Shown: positions 56,544-64,000 of the stretch, one piece after another
How the letters are laid out: each line of letters opens with the position of its first letter
Position numbering within the stretch: the stretch's first letter is position 1
NCBI GenBank assembly: GCA_963789395.1
Contig: CAWBKP010000013.1
Coordinates: 96,001-160,000, forward strand
DNA from: an uncultured delta proteobacterium
GTDB lineage: Bacteria; Desulfobacterota; Desulfobacteria; Desulfobacterales; Desulfatirhabdiaceae
Reading direction: 5' to 3'
Length of the DNA stretch: 64,000 bases
Notes under the pieces: model-generated
Databases searched by the model: none
What the model was told of the DNA's origin: nothing
What the model saw: only the letters and a program-made list of their open reading frames with translations
Program-made: the position numbers and the translations under genes

Positions 56544-57380
56544 TTATTTCATGCGCGCCGCTATCCATTGTTCAACGTCCTGAAGCACCTTCGGGTGTTC
56601 GGGTTCATTGTATACTTCATGGTAAAGGCCGTCATAGAGTTTGATCTCTTTGTCGGCGGAGCTGACCAAATCATACAGCATTTTGGCTCCGGAAGGGTCG
56701 ACAATCCAGTCCGCGCCGCCCTGCAGAATCAGAATCGGCAGCGTGATTTTCCCTGCGTCGCTGCTGACCCGCTGCATGGCTTTCAGCATTTCGGCAGCCA
56801 GTCTGACCGTGGTTTTCCCCTTGTGCACCAGGGGATCATCAATATATGCCTGAACTACGGCCGGATCCCGGCTCACACCCTCGGGCGCTGTCTTGAGCAG
56901 TCCAAGCTTTGGCATCAGTGCGTCCAGCGCTTTTCCGATAAAAACGGTAACCGGTGAAACGTTGCCGGGCACTTTGACGCTCGGCCCGGAAAGAATCGCT
57001 CCTTTCAAGCCTGCCTGGTGGTCCAGCAGGTATACCGCGCCGATCAACCCGCCCATGCTGTGACCCACCAGAAAAATCGGTTTATCGCCTTGCCATCCTT
57101 GTATCCGGCCGAAGTACGATTTGACATTATCGATGAAATCCTCAAATCGGTCCACATATTTGCGGGTGCCGTCTGATTTGCCGTGTCCGGGGTGATCCAT
57201 CCCGTAAACCGCAAAGCCCATCGGTACAAAGTGATTGACGACATTCAAATATCTGCCGCTGTGTTCGCCCAACCCGTGGACGATCATCAGCACAGCTTTC
57301 GGCTCGCCATCCGGCAGCCAGCATTGGTGATAGATGCGGGTGCCGTGGACACCTTCAAAAAACCCATCCTGATGGTTCAT
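56544..57380 (-). CDS. Alpha/beta hydrolase (lysophospholipase / monoglyceride lipase type)
   Basis: HGLGEHSGRY, GHSMGG and YHEVYNE. Confidence 0.92.
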   Translation of the reverse strand: MNHQDGFFEGVHGTRIYHQCWLPDGEPKAVLMIVHGLGEHSGRYLNVVNHFVPMGFAVYGMDHPGHGKSDGTRKYVDRFEDFIDNVKSYFGRIQGWQGDKPIFLVGHSMGGLIGAVYLLDHQAGLKGAILSGPSVKVPGNVSPVTVFIGKALDALMPKLGLLKTAPEGVSRDPAVVQAYIDDPLVHKGKTTVRLAAEMLKAMQRVSSDAGKITLPILILQGGADWIVDPSGAKMLYDLVSSADKEIKLYDGLYHEVYNEPEHPKVLQDVEQWIAARMK

Positions 57381-57485
57381 TTTCGATGACTTCCTGTTTT
57401 AAGGAGCGCTATGAGGCTTACCGTTAACGCCGGTCGCCGGTAATGCGCGCCACATGAATTCTTGATCCGCATCGGCGAAATACGG

Positions 57486-57929
57486 CTATTTGCGGCATTG
57501 CTGTTCGATGATGAATTGCATGGCCATGAGCTCTTCCTGATCTGCATCGGTTCCCTGAATGGCATGGACTGTTTCGGAAGCGGTGGCCGGGTTTTCGACA
57601 TAGGCGGCAGAGCTGACAATGCGAAATGCATTCGGAGTGTCCAGGGTGAAGAAAAGAATTGTAACGCGCTTTTCCGGCGCGCCGCCATAAAACGTGTAGT
57701 ACCAGTAGGGGGCATCTTCAGCGGTCTTGCCTGCTACGACTTGCGTATTCGACACATTTCGAACCGTGTATCCCTGATTCATAAGTCCATTCAAAAATAT
57801 AGACCGGACACAGTCGATTTTGACGTTTGTCAGCATAATTTCGGGATTGCCGGATGTGGTGGGCAGGGTCGCACAACCTGCAAGCAAAAATGCAAAGAAG
57901 AAGGGCATGATCCGCAGCATGAATTTCAT
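57486..57929 (-). CDS. Hypothetical lipoprotein
   Basis: Lipobox LAGC after a hydrophobic signal peptide. Confidence 0.7.
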   Translation of the reverse strand: MKFMLRIMPFFFAFLLAGCATLPTTSGNPEIMLTNVKIDCVRSIFLNGLMNQGYTVRNVSNTQVVAGKTAEDAPYWYYTFYGGAPEKRVTILFFTLDTPNAFRIVSSAAYVENPATASETVHAIQGTDADQEELMAMQFIIEQQCRK

Positions 57930-57970
57930 TTTTTTTACTCTCTTTCTGCAATCGCAGTGAAAAACAGGGA

Positions 57971-58573
57971 TTATTTCGCGTTCTGATCCTTGATCATTTC
58001 GATTTCTAGGTTGATAAATACCGTATCACCGATCATCACTCCGCCAGTTTCCATGGGTTTATTCCAGGTGATGCCGAAATCCGTGCGATTGATTTTGGTG
58101 GTCGCCGAAGCACCGCGACGGATATTGCCCAAGGGGTCCTTAATTTCATTCGTGGGGCCTTCCACTTCTAAAACAACCTCGCGCGAAATGTCTCGGATAG
58201 AAAGGACGCCAAGGATTTTCAATTTCCCTTTTCCGTTTGGGGTCACTTTTCTGGATACAAAAGACATGGTCGGGTATTTGGCAGTATCAAAGAACTCATC
58301 GCTTGTCAGATGCGCATCGCGCTTGGCGACACCGGTGTTGATCGAGTCAATGTCAATGGTGACATCCACGGCCGATTTCGACATATCCTTTTCATCAATC
58401 TTGACCACACCTTTCACCTTACCGAATGTGCCTTTGACATTGGCGATCGTCAGGTGACGGATCTTGAACTGAATATTGGAATGATCCGGATCGATTGTCC
58501 AGGTGGACGCCATTGCAGAGGAAGAGATCAGACAAATCGAAGCTGCTGCAAGAATACGCATGATTCTGTTCAT
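57971..58573 (-). CDS. YceI family periplasmic protein
   Basis: WTIDPDHS, SINTG..KRDAHL, FFDTAKYP and INRTDFG. Confidence 0.92.
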   Translation of the reverse strand: MNRIMRILAAASICLISSSAMASTWTIDPDHSNIQFKIRHLTIANVKGTFGKVKGVVKIDEKDMSKSAVDVTIDIDSINTGVAKRDAHLTSDEFFDTAKYPTMSFVSRKVTPNGKGKLKILGVLSIRDISREVVLEVEGPTNEIKDPLGNIRRGASATTKINRTDFGITWNKPMETGGVMIGDTVFINLEIEMIKDQNAK

Positions 58574-58627
58574 GATGTCATCTCCTTTCGGGGCGTGCCT
58601 CTTTATCCCACAAAACGCTTGCAAGGG

Positions 58628-59043
58628 TCAATACTTGCCGTCAATCACCTCTGCAAGTACGCCATGGCATTGTTTCGGATGCAGGAATGCAAAGTACCGG
58701 TTCAACTTGGCAAACCGCGGTTTCCGGTCGATCAGCCTTGCCCCGTTTCTTGCGAGCAGTCCAACTTCAAGGCGTTATCCACGTTGATGGAGAGCACCAT
58801 AATCCCTTCACCATGTCTGTCAATGAACCTGGCGACCTCGCCGGTTCCATCCATGTCTTCCATGATTTCAAGAGCTGTTTGCCCTATCATGAAATACGCG
58901 ACATTGATCTTCTCGTCATCGTCGGAATACCGGCCATCGACATCCCATCCGAAAGTCTGCCGGAAATCTTCTTCGGCCATCTTCAGATCTTTGACGGCGA
59001 TACTGATATGGTCGATATAATTTGTTTTCAGCTTTTCCGGCAT
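58628..59043 (-). CDS. VOC family protein (methylmalonyl-CoA epimerase-like); frameshift near 58765
   Basis: IDHISIAVKD, LEIME and RFIDRHGEG. Continues as FLHPKQCHGVLAE in another frame. Confidence 0.8.
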
Positions 59044-59083
59044 TTTCCCTCCCTATTTTCTAGGGCGATGATCCCTGCAGGCA

Positions 59084-59537
59084 TCAAAGACTTCGTTCCA
59101 GGTTAATGGTTTCGGAGGGGCTGAACCGGTTCGCGTTGAAGAAATGGGTCAGCTGAGCATCTTTACTGTCGACCAGGGTGTTTATTTTTTTAACGCCGAG
59201 GCTTCTTAAATGCTCCATGAATTCATGAATCAGCTTTGCGCCGATACCCTGATGCCGATAATCGGGATCAATGCCGATGGTATCCAGAGTGGCCTGCTCC
59301 TGGAAAATACCGAATTCTCCCATATAGAGTTCCCCCATTACAAACCCCACCACCCGTTCCATCGGCTTCCTCCGCCACAAGCGATGTGGGCAAATATTCC
59401 TTGGATTTAAAAAGCCTTTCAAACTTCATTTCATAGTACTCCGACCGGGAAACCTTGAGTACTTTCCGGTCAATCCCGACCACAGCGTCAAAATCGTCAA
59501 CCTTCATAAGTCTGATTTTAATGGTGCTCTCGTTCAT
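59084..59537 (-). CDS. GNAT acetyltransferase (frameshift near 59365)
   Basis: IRLMKVDDFDAV in one frame; VVGFVMG and DTIGIDPDYRHQGIG in the other. Confidence 0.85.
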
Positions 59538-59636
59538 TGAGCCTCCTTTTGCTTCAGGGTCATATCTTGAGATCCAATTTCAACGGTCTTGTTATATGTC
59601 TATCATCTGAGCTGTTTTATTTCTTGACAGGAAAAA

Positions 59637-60131
59637 CTAGTCCAGATCGAGTTTCGCCTTACACTGATTGCAGGTTACAACGCCCCGGAAAACTTTATTG
59701 CCGCATTCGGGACATATATAGCGGGCTTCTTCATCTTGAATCCATTTTTCCGTACCAAACTCTCGCCAATAGGGAATCGCCCGCAAAATGACTTTTTTAC
59801 CGACAGCCATGGGGAAATTGTCAATGTGCCGGCAGGGAAATTCATCGCACTGGTGACATCCCGCGTAGCCCTTTTCCTGGGTGCATGTCCTGATCTCGCA
59901 CTGCCGGCAATGCATGAACAGATCATCCGACAGGCAGCCGCGGCATTTGATATCTTCCGTGGAAAGCGTTTCACTGTTGGGGAGAATTCCTTTGCCCTGA
60001 ACGTTTCCCTGGTAGACATTCACCAGCCGTTCCTTGAATTTTTGATTGTTGTCACGGCCTGCGACATAAATGGCACAGACGCCGCAATAAAGCCCGCAAG
60101 GTGCTATAAAATCCGGATTTATATTCATCAT
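59637..60131 (-). CDS. DUF3795-like Cys-rich protein
   Basis: APCGLYCGVC, CRGC, CEIRTC, CHQCDEFPC and CPECG. Confidence 0.8.
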   Translation of the reverse strand: MMNINPDFIAPCGLYCGVCAIYVAGRDNNQKFKERLVNVYQGNVQGKGILPNSETLSTEDIKCRGCLSDDLFMHCRQCEIRTCTQEKGYAGCHQCDEFPCRHIDNFPMAVGKKVILRAIPYWREFGTEKWIQDEEARYICPECGNKVFRGVVTCNQCKAKLDLD

Positions 60132-60165
60132 GCTCTCCTTTTTCAATTCAAAAGGTTTCAATCAA

Positions 60166-60544
60166 TCAAGGCCGGAATTTTTCAATTTGCATGTCTTTAA
60201 GCATTTTATAATGTTTGTCATTCCCAGTTAAAATCGGCATACCGTAAGAAATGGCCGTTGCCCCTATCAGTGCGTCCGCAAGTTGAATGGAATGGCTTAA
60301 ATAATGTTGTTCTACAAAGAACATTGCTTTGGCATGATATCTCTTCTGAAATATACAGAATCTTCGAGTTCCAGGCATGGAGCGCCTTGCGAAGATGATT
60401 CAGCTCATTCTTGTTTCTCATGCCTTGGAACAATTCCATATATGTAATCACGGAAATAAAGAAATTCTTTGAATTTTCAATGGCTTTATACGCTTTTTCA
60501 TTCCCCTTCATGTACCAAACAAGAACATCTGTATCGATAACCAT
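60166..60544 (-). CDS. vapC: PIN-domain toxin (frameshift near 60338)
   Basis: IDTDVLV, SVITYMEL, ADALIGATA and LTGNDKHY. Confidence 0.87.
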
Positions 60545-60778
60545 TTAATGTCTGCCTTTTCTTAAATCCCGGACATATTCATCGACATCCTGGATCATTT
60601 CGTTATCTTTCCAGATACCAAACAATTCGTTTTTTGTGATTTCCTTTTGTTTTTCTGTGTAGGGAATCAGCTTGGCCCGAGGCTTGCCACGGAAGGTTAT
60701 GACAACTTCCTCGCCCCTGTTGACCGTATCCAGCAATTCTTTGGAGTGGAACCGGAGGTCTTTTGCAGTCGCTTTCAT
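60545..60778 (-). CDS. Phd/YefM family antitoxin
   Basis: TAKDLR...GEEVVITFRGKPRAKL, directly upstream of the PIN toxin. Confidence 0.88.
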   Translation of the reverse strand: MKATAKDLRFHSKELLDTVNRGEEVVITFRGKPRAKLIPYTEKQKEITKNELFGIWKDNEMIQDVDEYVRDLRKGRH

Positions 60779-60798
60779 GATGCTGTCTCCATTTTTTT

Positions 60799-60843
60799 AT
60801 AGTTTATACTATGAAATATAAACTATGAGATAATTCATGTCAA
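60799..60843 (-). promoter_or_regulatory. Toxin-antitoxin promoter with a palindromic operator
   Basis: Minus-strand TTGACA-N17-TATATT, overlapped by ATAGTTTATA-N8-TATAAACTAT. Confidence 0.7.
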
Positions 60844-60935
60844 TACGGCGGCATATGGGCATTAAAACAACAGACCTTGTTTTCCGGCGGCAGTCGTGAG
60901 TCAGGGCCGGGACTTCACGCATTTTTTTTTAGACG

Positions 60936-61880
60936 CTAAACACCTGATTTAAGCTGTGCTGCCAATGCCCGGATATGCCGGTCATCGGTTCCGCAGCAGC
61001 CGCCAAGAATCTTCAACCCCAGTTCCCGGTGCAGCGCGGCAACGGATTTGCCGAAGGTTTCCGGATCTTCCTCTACCAGGCTTGTGCTGTTGTTAAGATC
61101 TTCGGGGCTGAGCGCCGCGGTGTTGGCCAGCAGTCCGATGACCCGCTGCCGGACAAGGGATGAAGAATTGACTGGATCCGTCAGTGCCGCCCTGGCAAAG
61201 GAAACATGGGTGCAGTTGATCAGGTAGGCCAAGGGCTGCGGTGATGCAGCGGCATCGATTGCAGCGATGGCCTCTTTCAGCGGCGTTCCATCCAGCAGGG
61301 TCCCTTCGGGGCGGGCAACGAAACTTATAACGTAGGGCCTGCCGGTTGCGGCAAGCGCCATAGCAAGGCCGGTAGCTTCGCTCAAGGCCGGAAGTGTTGC
61401 GGCAAGAAGAAAATCACTTCCTGCCAGCTTCTCCGCCTGCCAGGCGTGAAACGCCATCGCCTCGTCAACAGCCAGCGCATCGGCAGGACTGTAGGCATCC
61501 CCGCGGCAGCTCATCAAGCCGCAGATGACAACTTTATTTGCGTAGTCTCCGTAACGCTTCCGCAGTGCATCAAAAAACCGGATATTGTCGCCGTTCACAT
61601 CGGATCCGGCATAACCGGCCGCATCGATCCGTTCCCGGCTCGCCCGCCAGGTCGGGGTGGAGATCAGAAGCGGCAAGTCGAACTCGTTACCAATGTCCAG
61701 GTACTGCCGGTATATGGTCTCCAGGGCCGTGCGTTTCGAATCGTCATAGATAAATGCAGAATTGACCAGAAAAGGATCGAGTTCCAGATTGCCATTTCGC
61801 CGAAGGCGTTCGATAACCGCTCCCTCTCCGAGGATGCAGGGAGTGTTCTTAATAAATTCCACGATAGAGATATTGTTCAT
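60936..61880 (-). CDS. Homocysteine S-methyltransferase family protein
   Basis: TPTWRAS, INCTH and the Zn-binding GGCCGTD motif. Confidence 0.88.
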   Translation of the reverse strand: MNNISIVEFIKNTPCILGEGAVIERLRRNGNLELDPFLVNSAFIYDDSKRTALETIYRQYLDIGNEFDLPLLISTPTWRASRERIDAAGYAGSDVNGDNIRFFDALRKRYGDYANKVVICGLMSCRGDAYSPADALAVDEAMAFHAWQAEKLAGSDFLLAATLPALSEATGLAMALAATGRPYVISFVARPEGTLLDGTPLKEAIAAIDAAASPQPLAYLINCTHVSFARAALTDPVNSSSLVRQRVIGLLANTAALSPEDLNNSTSLVEEDPETFGKSVAALHRELGLKILGGCCGTDDRHIRALAAQLKSGV

Positions 61881-62057
61881 TTATTGCTTAACCAGCTCCA
61901 TAATATTTGGGTTGATCTGCATATGATACAGAGTTCCAATTTCCTGCCCGCATAGTGCGTCTTGAGAATTTCTTGCTGAAACATTGATTGTCAATTTGTT
62001 GATCCCAAAGTAAAAACTCCCTTTCATGACATCTGCGGGCGGCATCGCCGCATCGGT

Positions 62058-62753
62058 TTACTCTGCCAACGCATATTCGACCGCTGCCACGGCATGGATC
62101 TTTGCTGTATCAAATAAAGGCACCCGGCAATCTTCATTATGAACCAACAACCCGATTTCGGTGCATCCCAAGATAATTCCTTCAGCGCCGGTCTCTGCCA
62201 ACTGCTCGATGATATCCAGGTAACGTTCTTTGGAGTTCTGTCGTATTTCACCGACCACCAGTTCATCGTAAATCACCCGATGCACAATTTCGCGTGCATC
62301 GGCTTCCGGGATGATTACTTCCAGGCCGTATTTCTGGGTGAGGCGGCTTTTGTAGAAATCTTCTTCCATCGTGAAGCGCGTACCGAGAAGACCAACCTTG
62401 TTGATCCCGGAATTCTTTATCTGCCTTGCAGTCGCATCAGCAATGTGCAGAAAGGGAATCAGGATATTCGCCTGGATTTCATCCGCCACTATATGCATCG
62501 TGTTGGTGCAAAGGACAATAAAATCCGCACCGCAGTTCTCTAAACTTCTGGCTGCCTCAATCAACATTTGGGCCGCCTCCTGCCAGGTGTCCTGATGCTG
62601 CAGGCGCTCTATCTCTGCAAAATCCACGGAATACAGGATGCTTTTTGCCGAATGAAGTCCGCCGAGTTTCGCTTTGGTTGTTTCGTTGACGATGCGGTAG
62701 TACTCGACTGAGGACTCCCAGCTCATGCCGCCGATAAGGCCGATGGTTTTCAT
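62058..62753 (-). CDS. Aspartate/glutamate racemase family protein
   Basis: IGLIGGMSWES, CTNTMH and LGCTEI. Confidence 0.93.
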   Translation of the reverse strand: MKTIGLIGGMSWESSVEYYRIVNETTKAKLGGLHSAKSILYSVDFAEIERLQHQDTWQEAAQMLIEAARSLENCGADFIVLCTNTMHIVADEIQANILIPFLHIADATARQIKNSGINKVGLLGTRFTMEEDFYKSRLTQKYGLEVIIPEADAREIVHRVIYDELVVGEIRQNSKERYLDIIEQLAETGAEGIILGCTEIGLLVHNEDCRVPLFDTAKIHAVAAVEYALAE

Positions 62754-62790
62754 TCTTTACTCCAGAAAAAATTTAATATTATTCAATATT

Positions 62791-63588
62791 TTAATTGGAG
62801 ACTGCTATACCTGCAATACGTCCGGCAGACGCCGCTTTTTCAAGGGCATCGCAAACAGATTCCATCTCCGGGATTTCCGGGTCAAGCGGGTTTCCTTTCA
62901 GATTGTTCAAGAAAATGGAGCGGGTATCCGGCAGGCGTCCGATAATGGCAACACTGTCGAGGGCCTGGCTCAGCTCATTTTCAGCTTCTGGAATCAACCG
63001 GTTCAGAACAAAGGATACCGCCAGATTTGCCTCCCCGGCAAAGGCATTTACCCGTTTGGCCATCATCATGGATTCAAAGGAAGGATCCACCACACACAGG
63101 AGGTGATCGCACAGTCCGTCCAGGCTGCGCCCGAAATGCTCCACTCCGGCTGCGGTATCCACAATTACCAGATCCTGCTGGTCGAAGCGGAGGCATGAAA
63201 ACAGCAACCGGAACAGGTTTCCCATGGGACAGGCGCAGCCTTCTCCAAAGTGGTGGATTTTTCCCACGGACATCGCCCGTATCCCGTCTAATGATGCGAT
63301 ACAGGCATCTGGCAGTTCATCAATGCCCAGATTCTTTGGAAACAGTTGCGGTGATCCGTTAAAGCCGGTCCCGGATGCCTTTGTCTTTTCCCTGAATCCT
63401 TTTTTCCCGCCCAGAAAATCCATCAGCGATTCCGGCATCTCCATCCCGAGCATGCGGTACAAACCGATATTCGATTCATCCGCATCCACGAGAAAAACCC
63501 TCCGGCCTCTCCGTTGCATGGCTTTTGCCAGGAGAGCCGCCACCGTACTTTTGCCACAGCCGCCTTTTCCGCAGATCAGTAATTTCAT
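62791..63588 (-). CDS. CooC-like ATPase (nickel insertion family)
   Basis: GKGGCGKST, DADE, GCACP and DTAAGVEHFGR. Confidence 0.88.
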   Translation of the reverse strand: MKLLICGKGGCGKSTVAALLAKAMQRRGRRVFLVDADESNIGLYRMLGMEMPESLMDFLGGKKGFREKTKASGTGFNGSPQLFPKNLGIDELPDACIASLDGIRAMSVGKIHHFGEGCACPMGNLFRLLFSCLRFDQQDLVIVDTAAGVEHFGRSLDGLCDHLLCVVDPSFESMMMAKRVNAFAGEANLAVSFVLNRLIPEAENELSQALDSVAIIGRLPDTRSIFLNNLKGNPLDPEIPEMESVCDALEKAASAGRIAGIAVSN

Positions 63589-63650
63589 GGTTTTTGAAAT
63601 ATTCCTTTATCCATTTGACGCCATTGCGTAATCATCAACAGGATTTCTCA

Positions 63651-64000
63651 CTATGCGGAAACAGAATAAAATCCGGAAATGATCTCACCGACATACATGC
63701 GGTGGTAATCTTTTTCCGGATAATTGGCCGAAATCTCCGGATCAAGAAAATTAGCGGGCTCCAGGTCCTGGTAATACACTTTTCTGCACTCGATAACCAG
63801 CCTGGCTTCTGCAAAATATATGGAGCCGCTTTTCGTTTCAGCCGGTGTGATACCGGTTTCTTTGACCTTGTCGCAGTCTCGTCCCGATTTGGTTCCGCAT
63901 AGATTCAAAACTGACTTATATTTCCGGTCAAAGAACGACAGTGTAAAGGTATTTGATTTTTCGATAAATCCATAGGTGTATCGGGTTGGTCTGATAAAAA
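63651..64000 (-). CDS. Flavin reductase family protein (5' partial)
   Basis: CGTKSGRDCDK, ARLVIEC and YHRMYVGEI. The frame runs to the window edge. Confidence 0.82.
   Translation of the reverse strand, partial: FIRPTRYTYGFIEKSNTFTLSFFDRKYKSVLNLCGTKSGRDCDKVKETGITPAETKSGSIYFAEARLVIECRKVYYQDLEPANFLDPEISANYPEKDYHRMYVGEIISGFYSVSA

Noticed and set aside
1..64000. CRISPR array, tRNA, rRNA, prophage or integron integrase
   Set aside because: No regularly spaced repeats, cloverleaf or rRNA-like tracts, phage genes or tyrosine recombinase were seen by eye.

Overview
A 64-kb window from an anaerobic bacterium, most likely Desulfobacterota (inferred from gene content). The main locus is a complete class II, tungsten-type benzoyl-CoA reductase cluster, bamBCDEFGHI (45.7-56.5 kb). 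In it, both BamE (HdrA-like) and BamF (MvhD-like) contain an in-frame UGA followed by a hairpin, so both are probable selenoproteins that the ORF track splits or truncates. A near-perfect palindrome overlaps the predicted bamB promoter. The left part holds an ABC transporter, argC and folD, an uncharacterised operon built around a 1024-aa PHP-like membrane protein, and a multi-Fe-S flavoprotein fusion. Next comes a secreted papain-family protease with a PKD domain, behind a sigma-54 promoter and a c-di-GMP-I riboswitch, and then two tiny Cys-rich ORFs. From 17.5 to 22.2 kb lies a decaying oxygen/stress island (dfx, osmC, glgP, cyoABCDE and P-type H+-ATPase remnants) that ends at an IS21 element. 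Further right are a sulfatase/SphA module, several attC-like sites with no integrase in the window, a MITE-like element, and mixed accessory genes (VapBC toxin-antitoxin, GNAT, CooC, racemase). Many single-base frameshifts, including in argC and bamH, look like long-read indel errors rather than real pseudogenes. No rRNA, tRNA or CRISPR array was seen. All homology calls come from motif recognition by eye, not from database searches.
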